Shown: positions 35,145-47,400 of the stretch, piece by piece
How positions within the stretch are numbered: the first letter of the stretch is position 1
How the letters are laid out: every line of letters begins with the position of its first letter
The notes under the pieces: model-generated
Database searches by the model: none
The model's input: only the letters and a program-made list of their open reading frames with translations
What the model was told of the DNA's origin: nothing
Position numbers and translations under genes: made by a program
NCBI RefSeq assembly: GCF_055900595.2
Contig: NZ_CM148325.1
DNA length: 64,000 nt
Strand: one strand, 5' to 3'

Positions 35145-35176
35145 CAAGGGCGCGCAAACCCTCTATACTGCGCGCC
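35145..35176 (+). promoter_or_regulatory. rnpB promoter (-10 TATACT with GC-rich discriminator)
   Basis: ggtgacaagggcgcgcaaaccctctatactgcgcgcc immediately 5' of the mature M1 RNA; the -35 region overlaps the garK stop codon. Confidence 0.5.
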
Positions 35177-35553
<377 letters not shown>

Positions 35554-35564
35554 ATTTTAACGAA

Positions 35565-35596
35565 AACCCGCCAGCGTAAACTGGCGGGTTTTTGCT
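35565..35596 (+). terminator. Rho-independent terminator of rnpB
   Basis: cccgccag-cgtaaa-ctggcggg hairpin followed by TTTTT. Confidence 0.7.
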
Positions 35597-35825
35597 TTTG
35601 AGGAGGGTGGTCGGAAAGATGAACGTCTTATCTGGCCTACAAAACAACGAAAATTCAATATATTGCACAGAGGCAATGTAGGCCTGATAAGCGTAGCGCC
35701 TCAGGCAATTTTGTGTTTATCATCAGTCTCGAATCTGCTTCGGCAAGCTTTTACTTTTGGTGCAGACGGAAAGATGAACGAATATCTAAGCTATTAATAA
35801 TAGACTTTGCAAGAAATCATTACAT

Positions 35826-36995
35826 TTATATTTCATTTAAAAGATCGTAATCATACGTATATTCTTTGCTAATAAAACGACACTCGTTGAAGCTAAATTC
35901 ATCGTCTGAAAAGGAATTGTCAACAGAATCTCTTTCTTCCTCCAGGCTATTATCTGAAAGCAAGTCGTTTGAGTTAGTATAATCTAGGTTGTAATCGACA
36001 GTATAATTAATTTCTGGATTGGTTTGGTAATCATTTTTTTTGACGCAATCATATTCCTCAATAATTTTGTCGATATAATCATATGCTTTTTCTAATGAGA
36101 AGTTTTTCATCTCTGGTAATTTAACTTTGCTCAAATAATTATTAATTTTTGAGGAGTTTTTATATATGCTTTTTGTTAATTCTTTTTCTAATTTGTCTGT
36201 TATATTTGCTGTTGGTATGGATTTTATAATCGCATATCTCATGATTTTTAATTGATCTTCGGTTAAATCTCCAAGCTCATTTAAACAACTTTCGACAAAG
36301 TTGATTTTTTCTCTGGAATAATCATCGCTGATACTTGTTAACGCTGGGGTGATTTTTAATAAAGAATTCCATGAGATAGTACCATTGTGTGTCGAACGCA
36401 TAAAATTTATATTGTACATATTGGTTTTAGTAAACTTTGTTGCAAACAATGTAAAGGGATCTAAAGTCGCGTAAGCCATATGTTTATTTGAAAAATCATA
36501 ACCAGTTAAATCGACGTTATGCAAGTCCAGATAGGATAAATCTATTACGTCGCCTGCTCCAGAGCTAAAGATTACATTTAATCTTCTGATTTCATTGTAA
36601 ATTCCCTCTAATGAACAATTTGTGTTCATGATGTCTGCTGAAATTTTTATGTTATTTAACGGTTCACAAATTATAAGCTTGCAGGTATTGTCTGATCGTT
36701 GCGTTATTTGGGCATTATAACCTAAAAAGTCTATGCGAAGAGACGAGTTATTATAAAGTATTACATTTTTTAAGTATGCTAATTCTTGTTGAAAATCACC
36801 ATCGATAATACATGTTCCACCAGGTTGCAACGCGCAGATTAACGTGAGCATTTGATTAGAAGTCTGTTTTAGTTTTACTACACCTGGTGCTAGTGCTTTG
36901 AGGTCATTTATTATGGGGGTTTCAGGAATGTCATTCATTTTTATACGTACTAAATCATTACCTAAGTCATTACCTATTGATGAAACCGGGAACAT
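35826..36995 (-). CDS. yhaC: Uncharacterised protein YhaC, AT-rich gene (389 aa here)
   Basis: Long ORF with Asn/Ile/Tyr/Lys/Asp-rich composition and low GC; pentapeptide-repeat-like stretch (DLSYLDLHNVDLTGYDFS); acidic Ser/Asp/Glu-rich C-terminus. Confidence 0.8.
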   Translation of the reverse strand: MFPVSSIGNDLGNDLVRIKMNDIPETPIINDLKALAPGVVKLKQTSNQMLTLICALQPGGTCIIDGDFQQELAYLKNVILYNNSSLRIDFLGYNAQITQRSDNTCKLIICEPLNNIKISADIMNTNCSLEGIYNEIRRLNVIFSSGAGDVIDLSYLDLHNVDLTGYDFSNKHMAYATLDPFTLFATKFTKTNMYNINFMRSTHNGTISWNSLLKITPALTSISDDYSREKINFVESCLNELGDLTEDQLKIMRYAIIKSIPTANITDKLEKELTKSIYKNSSKINNYLSKVKLPEMKNFSLEKAYDYIDKIIEEYDCVKKNDYQTNPEINYTVDYNLDYTNSNDLLSDNSLEEERDSVDNSFSDDEFSFNECRFISKEYTYDYDLLNEI

Positions 36996-37016
36996 TATTT
37001 TATCCTTTTTAAATAA

Positions 37017-37556
37017 TCAATGAGAATCATGATTAAAATGATCTGGTGAAAAAAAGAGAATTTGCCAACAATCTGAAACATTGTCAGTTTTATTAAAATG
37101 ATTAAATTCCGTTAAGATAACTTCTTTTTGCGTGAACTTTGCGCAAAACTTAAAAATTGTCTCCTTGATACACTCCAGATCTTTTCTATTGATGGCTGAA
37201 CAAGTACATTTTTCGCCAAAAGGTGAAAATGTGCCTACATCTAAAGTTTGTATTATATAATCATCATTTACTCCTGTAGAAATATCTATGATGAATGGAC
37301 TTCTATTTTCCGGTTGGATTCGGATCATTACAGAAGAAACATCACCTTTATAGACATTCAATGCAGTAATCGCAGATAATATTCTCCGCAATTCATTGCT
37401 TATGCTGTAAATTTCATTAACGTCATTTGTCGATATAATCTCGGCAAATTTTATTTTTACCTTCCAATAATCAATGTTTCTATTATAAGTGTTAACAGTT
37501 TCGTACATTGGTGGTATCGAAGGGGGTAAAAAATGTGAAACCGAATAACCTTTCAT
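37017..37556 (-). CDS. yhaB: Uncharacterised protein YhaB (179 aa)
   Basis: AT-rich ORF 21 bp downstream of yhaC on the same strand; start placed at MKGYSVSHF (37556); ORF track extends to 37586. Confidence 0.75.
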   Translation of the reverse strand: MKGYSVSHFLPPSIPPMYETVNTYNRNIDYWKVKIKFAEIISTNDVNEIYSISNELRRILSAITALNVYKGDVSSVMIRIQPENRSPFIIDISTGVNDDYIIQTLDVGTFSPFGEKCTCSAINRKDLECIKETIFKFCAKFTQKEVILTEFNHFNKTDNVSDCWQILFFSPDHFNHDSH

Positions 37557-37794
37557 TGATGCCTGCCTTGTCATCATGACAAACAATAATCAATGCTTAT
37601 TTTCCTTGCACGGTTCGCTCACAACTATCAAAAAACGCTCAATTACCTGGCATTACAGTCAACGAAGCAAAATTCTGTGGTCTACAACGATGTAAAGCAC
37701 AACGAAAATCCTCCTTGTTCTCTTATTCTGATCGTATAGCGATGAACATCAATTATTCGTTTTGTGATCATCAACACAAAATGCTATTTAGTAA

Positions 37795-38169
37795 CTATGG
37801 TGACAGTAGAAACGAGGGGAAACGATTGCATTCACAAAATGACGTCCTGTAAGAAGGGTGAAAGTTGATGTTAATCAATTGTTCGAGATGATCAATATCT
37901 GTATTCGAAATTTTAAAACATTGATAAAATAAATGTTTGCCCTCCAACAAATAGCGAGAAAAAATGTGACGTGCCGCATTATTTATCGCTGAAAATGATT
38001 TATTTATAATAAAATTTGATAACTTGCTCATAAAATTTAACTCAAAATTTGCCTGGTAATTATCCGCTAATTGCTTGAAATATGGTCGCAGCTGCTTTTT
38101 TTTATTAACCACATAACGAATGATGTTATCGCCATAAAATATGGTTATCCCTGTCATTTTTTTTGACAA
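37795..38169 (-). CDS. tdcR: Putative threonine dehydratase operon activator TdcR; start codon uncertain
   Basis: AT-rich ORF divergent from tdcA at the position where tdcR lies; in-frame alternative starts at MTGITIFYG and MSKLSNF; the annotated protein may be shorter than the 124-aa ORF. Confidence 0.55.
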   Translation of the reverse strand: MSKKMTGITIFYGDNIIRYVVNKKKQLRPYFKQLADNYQANFELNFMSKLSNFIINKSFSAINNAARHIFSRYLLEGKHLFYQCFKISNTDIDHLEQLININFHPSYRTSFCECNRFPSFLLSP

Positions 38170-38266
38170 AAATCAGGGTTTATGCTGATTTATATACTTT
38201 AACTTATTGATATATAAAAGCATTTAATTGATACAGTGATATCCAGAAAAGTATTGAAAGTTAATT

Positions 38267-38282
38267 TGTGAGTGGTCGCACA
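38267..38282. promoter_or_regulatory. Candidate CRP site in the tdc promoter
   Basis: TGTGA-gtggtc-gCACA (one mismatch from TGTGA-N6-TCACA), about 70 bp upstream of the tdcA ATG; tdc is known to be cAMP-CRP dependent. Confidence 0.5.
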
Positions 38283-38345
38283 TATCCTGTTCATTTCATT
38301 TTGATACACTTCATGCCGTCAATGAGGTTATTAACGTAGGTAGTT

Positions 38346-39284
38346 ATGAGCACTATTCTTCTTCCGAAAACGCAGCATCTGGTAGTCTTTCAGGAAGTCA
38401 TTAGAAGTGGCTCTATCGGCTCGGCTGCAAAAGAATTAGGGTTAACTCAACCCGCCGTCAGTAAAATCATTAACGATATTGAAGACTATTTTGGTGTGGA
38501 ATTAGTGGTGCGGAAAAATACCGGTGTAACATTAACACCTGCCGGTCAATTGTTACTCTCCCGTTCCGAATCCATTACCCGTGAAATGAAAAATATGGTG
38601 AATGAGATAAGCGGTATGTCTTCTGAGGCGGTGGTGGAAGTCTCGTTTGGTTTTCCTTCATTGATTGGTTTTACTTTTATGTCCGGGATGATCAACAAGT
38701 TCAAAGAGGTGTTCCCGAAAGCGCAGGTTTCTATGTATGAAGCGCAACTGTCTTCGTTCCTACCGGCAATCCGCGACGGTCGCCTGGATTTTGCGATTGG
38801 TACGTTAAGCGCAGAAATGAAGCTTCAGGATTTACATGTTGAGCCACTGTTCGAGTCCGAGTTTGTGCTGGTAGCCAGTAAGTCCCGAACATGCACCGGC
38901 ACCACCACGCTGGAGTCGTTGAAGAACGAACAGTGGGTGTTGCCACAAACCAATATGGGGTACTACAGCGAGCTGCTCACCACGTTACAAAGAAATGGCA
39001 TCAGTATTGAAAACATCGTTAAAACCGACTCAGTCGTGACAATTTATAATCTTGTTCTCAATGCTGATTTCTTAACTGTAATTCCTTGTGATATGACTTC
39101 ACCTTTTGGTTCTAATCAATTTATTACTATTCCGGTTGAAGAAACATTACCTGTGGCACAATATGCCGCGGTATGGTCGAAAAATTATCGTATTAAAAAA
39201 GCAGCATCGGTTTTGGTGGAATTAGCCAAAGAGTATTCATCTTATAATGGGTGTAGACGAAGGCAATTAATTGAAGTTGGTTAG
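38346..39284 (+). CDS. tdcA: LysR-family transcriptional activator TdcA (312 aa)
   Basis: Translation recognised as TdcA; N-terminal HTH. Confidence 0.95.
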   Translation: MSTILLPKTQHLVVFQEVIRSGSIGSAAKELGLTQPAVSKIINDIEDYFGVELVVRKNTGVTLTPAGQLLLSRSESITREMKNMVNEISGMSSEAVVEVSFGFPSLIGFTFMSGMINKFKEVFPKAQVSMYEAQLSSFLPAIRDGRLDFAIGTLSAEMKLQDLHVEPLFESEFVLVASKSRTCTGTTTLESLKNEQWVLPQTNMGYYSELLTTLQRNGISIENIVKTDSVVTIYNLVLNADFLTVIPCDMTSPFGSNQFITIPVEETLPVAQYAAVWSKNYRIKKAASVLVELAKEYSSYNGCRRRQLIEVG

Positions 39285-39382
39285 TTATTTGTTTTTATTT
39301 AAACATAAATAATCCACCTGTCTGTTTTGCAGGTGTCGGTTACGGTTACCTACATATTTAATTCAGGCTAAGAGGTTTTATA

Positions 39383-40372
39383 ATGCATATTACATACGAT
39401 CTCCCGGTTGCTATTGATGACATCATTGAAGCAAAACAACGACTGGCTGGGCGAATTTATAAAACAGGCATGCCTCGCTCCAACTATTTTAGTGAACGTT
39501 GCAAAGGTGAAATATTCCTCAAATTCGAAAACATGCAGCGTACCGGTTCATTTAAAATTCGTGGCGCATTTAATAAATTAAGTTCACTGACCGATGCGGA
39601 AAAACGTAAAGGTGTAGTGGCCTGCTCTGCGGGCAACCATGCGCAAGGGGTTTCGCTCTCCTGCGCGATGCTGGGTATCGACGGTAAAGTGGTGATGCCA
39701 AAAGGCGCGCCGAAATCCAAAGTAGCGGCAACGTGCGACTACTCCGCTGAAGTTGTTTTGCATGGTGATAACTTCAACGACACTATCGCTAAAGTGAGCG
39801 AAATTGTCGAAATGGAAGGCCGTATTTTTATCCCACCTTATGATGATCCGAAAGTGATTGCCGGTCAGGGAACGATTGGTCTGGAAATTATGGAAGATCT
39901 CTATGATGTCGATAACGTGATTGTGCCAATTGGCGGTGGCGGTTTAATTGCTGGTATTGCGGTAGCGATTAAATCAATTAACCCGACTATTCGTGTTATT
40001 GGTGTACAGTCAGAAAACGTTCACGGCATGGCGGCTTCTTTCCACTCCGGAGAAATAACCACGCACCGAACTACCGGCACCCTGGCGGATGGTTGTGATG
40101 TCGCCCGCCCGGGTAATTTAACTTACGAAATCGTTCGTGAATTAGTCGATGACATCGTGCTGGTCAGCGAAGACGAAATCAGAAACAGTATGATTGCCTT
40201 AATTCAGCGCAATAAAGTCGTCACCGAAGGCGCAGGCGCTCTGGCATGTGCTGCATTATTAAGCGGTAAATTAGACCAATATATTCAAAACAGAAAAACC
40301 GTCAGTATTATTTCCGGCGGCAATATCGATCTTTCTCGCGTCTCTCAAATCACCGGTTTCGTTGACGCTTAA
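39383..40372 (+). CDS. tdcB: Catabolic threonine dehydratase TdcB (PLP-dependent; 329 aa)
   Basis: PLP-lysine context SFKIRGA in translation. Confidence 0.95.
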   Translation: MHITYDLPVAIDDIIEAKQRLAGRIYKTGMPRSNYFSERCKGEIFLKFENMQRTGSFKIRGAFNKLSSLTDAEKRKGVVACSAGNHAQGVSLSCAMLGIDGKVVMPKGAPKSKVAATCDYSAEVVLHGDNFNDTIAKVSEIVEMEGRIFIPPYDDPKVIAGQGTIGLEIMEDLYDVDNVIVPIGGGGLIAGIAVAIKSINPTIRVIGVQSENVHGMAASFHSGEITTHRTTGTLADGCDVARPGNLTYEIVRELVDDIVLVSEDEIRNSMIALIQRNKVVTEGAGALACAALLSGKLDQYIQNRKTVSIISGGNIDLSRVSQITGFVDA

Positions 40373-40390
40373 TTAATTCGTTGAGGATAG

Positions 40391-41725
<1,335 letters not shown>

Positions 41726-41750
41726 TCCGTAACTCAGGATGAGAAAAGAG

Positions 41751-42959
41751 ATGAATGAATTTCCGGTTGTTTTGGTTATTAACTGTGGTTCGTCTTCGAT
41801 TAAGTTTTCCGTGCTCGATGCCAGCGACTGTGAAGTATTAATGTCAGGTATTGCCGACGGTATTAACTCGGAAAATGCATTCTTATCCGTAAATGGGGGA
41901 GAGCCAGCACCGCTGGCTCACCACAGCTACGAAGGTGCATTGAAGGCAATTGCATTTGAACTGGAAAAACGGAATTTAAATGACAGCGTGGCCTTAATTG
42001 GCCACCGCATCGCTCACGGCGGCAGTATTTTTACCGAGTCCGCCATTATTACCGATGAAGTCATTGATAATATCCGTCGCGTTTCTCCACTGGCACCCCT
42101 GCATAATTACGCCAATTTAAGTGGTATTGAATCGGCGCAGCAATTATTCCCGGGCGTAACTCAGGTGGCGGTATTTGATACCAGTTTCCACCAGACGATG
42201 GCTCCGGAAGCTTATTTATACGGCCTGCCGTGGAAATATTATGAAGAGTTAGGTGTACGCCGTTATGGTTTCCACGGCACGTCGCACCGCTACGTTTCCC
42301 AGCGCGCGCATTCTTTGCTGAATCTGGCGGAAGATGACTCCGGCCTGGTCGTGGCGCATCTTGGCAATGGCGCGTCAATCTGCGCAGTTAGCAACGGTCA
42401 GAGTGTTGACACCTCAATGGGAATGACGCCGCTGGAAGGCTTGATGATGGGTACCCGCAGTGGCGATGTCGACTTTGGGGCGATGTCTTGGGTCGCCAGT
42501 CAAACCAACCAGAGCCTGAGTGACCTGGAACGCGTAGTGAATAAAGAGTCGGGATTATTAGGTATTTCCGGTCTTTCTTCGGATTTACGTGTTCTGGAAA
42601 AAGCGTGGCATGAAGGACACGAACGCGCGCAACTGGCAATTAAAACCTTTGTTCACCGAATTGCCCGTCATATTGCCGGACACGCAGCCTCATTACGTCG
42701 CCTGGATGGAATTATATTCACCGGCGGAATAGGAGAGAACTCAAGTTTAATTCGTCGTTTGGTCATGGAGCATTTGGCTGTATTAGGCGTAGAGATTGAT
42801 ACAGAAATGAATAACCGCTCTAACTCCTTTGGTGAGCGAATTGTTTCTAGTGAAAATGCGCGTGTCATTTGCGCCGTTATTCCGACTAACGAAGAAAAAA
42901 TGATTGCTTTGGATGCCATTCATTTAGGCAAAGTTAACGCGCCCGCAGAATTTGCATAA
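41751..42959 (+). CDS. tdcD: Propionate/acetate kinase TdcD (402 aa)
   Basis: Acetate-kinase family; start at [16 protein letters not shown] (41751). Confidence 0.9.
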   Translation: MNEFPVVLVINCGSSSIKFSVLDASDCEVLMSGIADGINSENAFLSVNGGEPAPLAHHSYEGALKAIAFELEKRNLNDSVALIGHRIAHGGSIFTESAIITDEVIDNIRRVSPLAPLHNYANLSGIESAQQLFPGVTQVAVFDTSFHQTMAPEAYLYGLPWKYYEELGVRRYGFHGTSHRYVSQRAHSLLNLAEDDSGLVVAHLGNGASICAVSNGQSVDTSMGMTPLEGLMMGTRSGDVDFGAMSWVASQTNQSLSDLERVVNKESGLLGISGLSSDLRVLEKAWHEGHERAQLAIKTFVHRIARHIAGHAASLRRLDGIIFTGGIGENSSLIRRLVMEHLAVLGVEIDTEMNNRSNSFGERIVSSENARVICAVIPTNEEKMIALDAIHLGKVNAPAEFA

Positions 42960-42992
42960 TTTAGTTGAAGTATTGTAGAGAGATTATTTTTC

Positions 42993-45287
42993 ATGAAGGT
43001 AGATATTGATACCAGCGATAAGCTGTACGCCGACGCATGGCTTGGCTTTAAAGGTACGGACTGGAAAAACGAAATTAATGTCCGCGATTTTATTCAACAT
43101 AACTATACACCGTATGAAGGCGATGAATCTTTTCTCGCCGAAGCGACGCCAGCCACCACGGAATTGTGGGAAAAAGTAATGGAAGGCATCCGTATCGAAA
43201 ACGCGACTCACGCGCCATTGGATTTCGATACTAATATTGCCACCACTATTACCGCTCATGATGCGGGATATATTGACCAGCCGCTGGAAAAAATTGTTGG
43301 CCTGCAAACGGATGCACCATTAAAGCGCGCGCTGCATCCGTTCGGCGGTATTAATATGATTAAAAGTTCATTCCACGCATATGGCCGTGAAATGGACAGT
43401 GAATTTGAGTACATCTTTACCGATCTGCGTAAAACCCATAATCAGGGCGTATTTGATGCGTACTCACCGGATATGCTGCGCTGCCGTAAATCGGGTGTAC
43501 TGACTGGTTTGCCAGACGGTTATGGTCGTGGGCGTATTATCGGTGACTACCGCCGCGTGGCGCTTTACGGCATCAGTTATCTGGTACGTGAACGCGAACT
43601 GCAATTTGCCGATCTCCAGTCTCGTCTGGAAAAAGGCGAAGATCTCGAAGCCACTATCCGTCTGCGTGAGGAGCTGGCGGAACATCGTCGTGCGCTGTTG
43701 CAGATTCAGGAAATGGCGGCGAAATACGGTTTTGATATCTCCCGTCCGGCGCAGAATGCGCAGGAAGCGGTGCAGTGGCTTTACTTCGCTTACCTAGCGG
43801 CAGTGAAATCACAGAACGGCGGCGCAATGTCTCTTGGCCGTACGGCATCGTTCCTCGATATCTACATTGAGCGCGACTTTAAAGCTGGCGTGCTCAATGA
43901 GCAGCAGGCACAAGAACTGATCGACCACTTCATTATGAAGATCCGTATGGTGCGCTTCCTGCGTACGCCGGAATTTGATTCGCTGTTCTCTGGCGACCCG
44001 ATCTGGGCGACGGAAGTGATCGGTGGGATGGGGCTGGACGGTCGTACGCTGGTGACCAAAAACTCTTTCCGTTATCTGCACACCCTGCACACTATGGGGC
44101 CAGCACCGGAACCAAACCTGACCATTCTGTGGTCGGAAGAATTACCGATCGCCTTCAAAAAATATGCCGCGCAGGTGTCTATCGTCACCTCTTCCTTGCA
44201 GTATGAAAACGACGATCTGATGCGTACTGACTTCAACAGCGACGATTACGCGATTGCCTGCTGCGTTAGCCCGATGGTGATTGGTAAGCAAATGCAGTTC
44301 TTTGGTGCACGCGCTAACCTGGCGAAAACGCTGCTCTACGCAATTAACGGCGGGGTGGACGAGAAGCTGAAGATTCAGGTCGGCCCAAAAACAGCACCGC
44401 TGATGGACGACGTGTTGGACTACGACAAAGTGATGGACAGCCTCGACCACTTTATGGACTGGCTGGCGGTGCAGTACATCAGCGCGCTGAACATCATCCA
44501 CTACATGCACGACAAGTACAGCTACGAAGCCTCGCTGATGGCGCTGCATGATCGTGATGTCTATCGCACTATGGCGTGTGGCATCGCGGGCCTGTCAGTG
44601 GCGACGGACTCCCTGTCTGCCATCAAATATGCCCGCGTGAAACCAATCCGTGACGAAAACGGCCTGGCGGTGGACTTTGAAATCGATGGCGAATATCCGC
44701 AGTACGGCAACAATGATGAGCGTGTAGACAGTATTGCCTGCGACCTCGTTGAACGTTTTATGAAGAAAATTAAAGCGCTGCCGACCTATCGCAACGCCGT
44801 CCCTACCCAGTCGATTCTGACTATCACTTCTAACGTGGTGTACGGGCAGAAAACCGGTAACACGCCGGACGGTCGTCGCGCCGGAACACCGTTCGCACCG
44901 GGCGCTAACCCGATGCACGGTCGTGACCGTAAAGGTGCCGTGGCCTCGCTGACGTCGGTGGCGAAACTGCCGTTCACTTACGCCAAAGACGGTATCTCGT
45001 ACACCTTCTCAATTGTCCCGGCGGCGTTGGGCAAAGAAGATCCAGTACGTAAAACCAACCTTGTCGGCCTGCTGGATGGGTATTTCCACCACGAAGCGGA
45101 TGTCGAAGGCGGTCAACACCTCAACGTCAACGTAATGAATCGGGAAATGCTGCTGGATGCCATCGAGCACCCGGAAAAATATCCTAACCTGACAATCCGT
45201 GTCTCTGGCTACGCCGTGCGCTTCAACGCACTGACCCGTGAACAGCAACAAGATGTTATTTCACGTACTTTTACCCAGGCGCTCTGA
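42993..45287 (+). CDS. tdcE: 2-ketobutyrate/pyruvate formate-lyase TdcE (glycyl radical enzyme; 764 aa)
   Basis: C-terminal glycyl-radical motif RVSGYAVRF. Confidence 0.95.
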   Translation: MKVDIDTSDKLYADAWLGFKGTDWKNEINVRDFIQHNYTPYEGDESFLAEATPATTELWEKVMEGIRIENATHAPLDFDTNIATTITAHDAGYIDQPLEKIVGLQTDAPLKRALHPFGGINMIKSSFHAYGREMDSEFEYIFTDLRKTHNQGVFDAYSPDMLRCRKSGVLTGLPDGYGRGRIIGDYRRVALYGISYLVRERELQFADLQSRLEKGEDLEATIRLREELAEHRRALLQIQEMAAKYGFDISRPAQNAQEAVQWLYFAYLAAVKSQNGGAMSLGRTASFLDIYIERDFKAGVLNEQQAQELIDHFIMKIRMVRFLRTPEFDSLFSGDPIWATEVIGGMGLDGRTLVTKNSFRYLHTLHTMGPAPEPNLTILWSEELPIAFKKYAAQVSIVTSSLQYENDDLMRTDFNSDDYAIACCVSPMVIGKQMQFFGARANLAKTLLYAINGGVDEKLKIQVGPKTAPLMDDVLDYDKVMDSLDHFMDWLAVQYISALNIIHYMHDKYSYEASLMALHDRDVYRTMACGIAGLSVATDSLSAIKYARVKPIRDENGLAVDFEIDGEYPQYGNNDERVDSIACDLVERFMKKIKALPTYRNAVPTQSILTITSNVVYGQKTGNTPDGRRAGTPFAPGANPMHGRDRKGAVASLTSVAKLPFTYAKDGISYTFSIVPAALGKEDPVRKTNLVGLLDGYFHHEADVEGGQHLNVNVMNREMLLDAIEHPEKYPNLTIRVSGYAVRFNALTREQQQDVISRTFTQAL

Positions 45288-45300
45288 CGCCGGAGGATGT

Positions 45301-45690
45301 ATGAAAAAGATTATCGAAACGCAACGTGCCCCAGGCGCAATCGGCCCTTATGTTCAGGGTGTTGATTTAGGCAGCATGGTCTTCACCTCCGGGCAAATTC
45401 CGGTTTGCCCGCAGACAGGTGAGATCCCGGCTGATGTGCAAGATCAGGCGCGTTTAAGCCTCGAAAACGTCAAAGCGATCGTGGTTGCTGCCGGGCTGAG
45501 CGTGGGTGATATCATCAAGATGACCGTGTTCATCACCGATCTGAATGATTTTGCCACCATCAATGAAGTCTATAAGCAGTTCTTCGATGAGCATCAGGCG
45601 ACCTACCCGACCCGGAGCTGTGTGCAGGTCGCGCGTTTGCCGAAAGATGTGAAGCTGGAAATTGAAGCCATCGCAGTACGTAGTGCGTAA
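45301..45690 (+). CDS. tdcF: RidA-family enamine/imine deaminase TdcF (129 aa)
   Basis: Translation recognised as TdcF; start at MKKIIETQ (45301). Confidence 0.9.
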   Translation: MKKIIETQRAPGAIGPYVQGVDLGSMVFTSGQIPVCPQTGEIPADVQDQARLSLENVKAIVVAAGLSVGDIIKMTVFITDLNDFATINEVYKQFFDEHQATYPTRSCVQVARLPKDVKLEIEAIAVRSA

Positions 45691-45761
45691 AGCCTCGTGA
45701 GCGGGACGGTCGCAAGGTCGTTCCGCTCCACTTCACTGAACGGCAATCCGAGGGTGTGGAT

Positions 45762-47126
45762 ATGATTAGTGCATTCGATATTTTCAAAATTGGGATTGGA
45801 CCCTCCAGTTCGCATACCGTGGGGCCGATGAATGCCGGAAAAAGTTTTATTGATCGGCTGGAAAATAGCGGCTTATTAACCGCGACGAGCCATATTATGG
45901 TCGATCTGTACGGGTCGTTGTCACTGACGGGCAAAGGCCATGCCACGGATGTCGCCATCATCATGGGACTAGCAGGAAACAGTCCGCAGGATGTTGTTAT
46001 TGATGAGATCCCTGCATTTATTGAGTTAGTGACGCGCAGCGGGCGGTTGCCGGTGGCTTCTGGGGCGCATGTTGTTGATTTTCCTGTAGCAAAGAACATT
46101 GTTTTCCATCCTGAAATGTTGCCTCGTCATGAGAACGGGATGCGGATTACTGCCTGGAATGGGCAGAAAGAGCTATTAAGCAAAACTTACTACTCAGTCG
46201 GTGGCGGATTTATCGTTGAAGAAGAACACTTCGGTCTGTCGCACGATGTCGAAACCCTCGTACCTTACGATTTTCACTCAGCAGGTGAACTGCTGAAAAT
46301 GTGTGATTACAACGGCCTGTCTATTTCTGGCCTAATGATGCACAACGAGCTGGCGCTGCGCAGCAAAGCGGAAATTGATGCCGGGTTTGCCCGTATCTGG
46401 CAAGTGATGCACGACGGCATTGAACGCGGGATGAATACCGAAGGCGTGCTGCCAGGACCGCTTAATGTGCCTCGTCGTGCCGTTGCGTTGCGTCGCCAGC
46501 TGGTTTCCAGCGATAACATCTCTAACGATCCGATGAACGTCATCGACTGGATCAACATGTACGCGCTGGCAGTGAGTGAAGAAAACGCAGCCGGTGGGCG
46601 CGTAGTAACAGCGCCGACCAATGGGGCGTGCGGCATTATTCCGGCTGTGTTGGCTTATTATGATAAGTTCCGTCGCCCAGTAAATGAGCGGTCGATTGCC
46701 CGCTATCTACTGGCAGCGGGGGCTATTGGCGCGCTGTATAAAATGAACGCTTCCATCTCTGGCGCGGAAGTCGGCTGTCAGGGGGAAATTGGCGTGGCCT
46801 GTTCAATGGCGGCGGCAGGGTTAACTGAACTACTGGGCGGCAGTCCTGCGCAGGTATGCAATGCGGCGGAAATTGCGATGGAGCATAACCTTGGTCTGAC
46901 CTGCGATCCGGTTGCCGGACAGGTGCAAATCCCATGTATTGAACGTAATGCCATTAATGCCGTGAAAGCAGTAAACGCTGCGCGGATGGCGATGCGCCGC
47001 ACCTCGGCACCGCGTGTTTCACTCGATAAAGTGATCGAGACGATGTATGAAACCGGCAAAGATATGAACGATAAATACCGCGAAACATCACGCGGAGGAC
47101 TGGCCATTAAAGTGGTCTGCGGTTGA
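45762..47126 (+). CDS. tdcG: L-serine dehydratase TdcG, intact (454 aa)
   Basis: Fe-S L-serine dehydratase (SdaA/SdaB paralog); single uninterrupted frame. Confidence 0.9.
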   Translation: MISAFDIFKIGIGPSSSHTVGPMNAGKSFIDRLENSGLLTATSHIMVDLYGSLSLTGKGHATDVAIIMGLAGNSPQDVVIDEIPAFIELVTRSGRLPVASGAHVVDFPVAKNIVFHPEMLPRHENGMRITAWNGQKELLSKTYYSVGGGFIVEEEHFGLSHDVETLVPYDFHSAGELLKMCDYNGLSISGLMMHNELALRSKAEIDAGFARIWQVMHDGIERGMNTEGVLPGPLNVPRRAVALRRQLVSSDNISNDPMNVIDWINMYALAVSEENAAGGRVVTAPTNGACGIIPAVLAYYDKFRRPVNERSIARYLLAAGAIGALYKMNASISGAEVGCQGEIGVACSMAAAGLTELLGGSPAQVCNAAEIAMEHNLGLTCDPVAGQVQIPCIERNAINAVKAVNAARMAMRRTSAPRVSLDKVIETMYETGKDMNDKYRETSRGGLAIKVVCG

Positions 47127-47150
47127 CATTGCTGTCAGCTTTCATCCTTG

Positions 47151-47176
47151 GGTGCACAAATGTGCACCTTTTTTTT
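47151..47176 (+). terminator. Rho-independent terminator after tdcG
   Basis: ggtgcaca-aa-tgtgcacc perfect hairpin followed by TTTTTTTT. Confidence 0.8.
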
Positions 47177-47400
47177 GTGATCTGCCGCAAATAGAGAATG
47201 AATATTCTCTTGCGGTTAATTTAGTAGAAAATTCTTATCCATCTCCGTTATTTCAAAGTCTTGATTGTGAAGATTTTCTCTGACCTCGCGCGTATCATTT
47301 CCTTATTCTAATAACTCGCCTGCAAAAATGTAGACCGCATATCGCCTTGATGCGGCTCGGAAAAAAATAATAAGCCCTACAAAATATTGAGCGAGAAATT

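Noticed and set aside
35826-37556. yhaC-yhaB as a defence or toxin system
   Set aside because: Considered because of the AT-rich, acquired-looking composition and unknown function, but I see no nuclease, ATPase, Sir2/TIR or other defence-associated motifs in the translations; this remains pure speculation and is reported only as an uncharacterised islet.
45560-46099. 179-aa minus-strand ORF overlapping tdcF/tdcG
   Set aside because: Antisense shadow ORF spanning an intergenic region and two well-supported genes.
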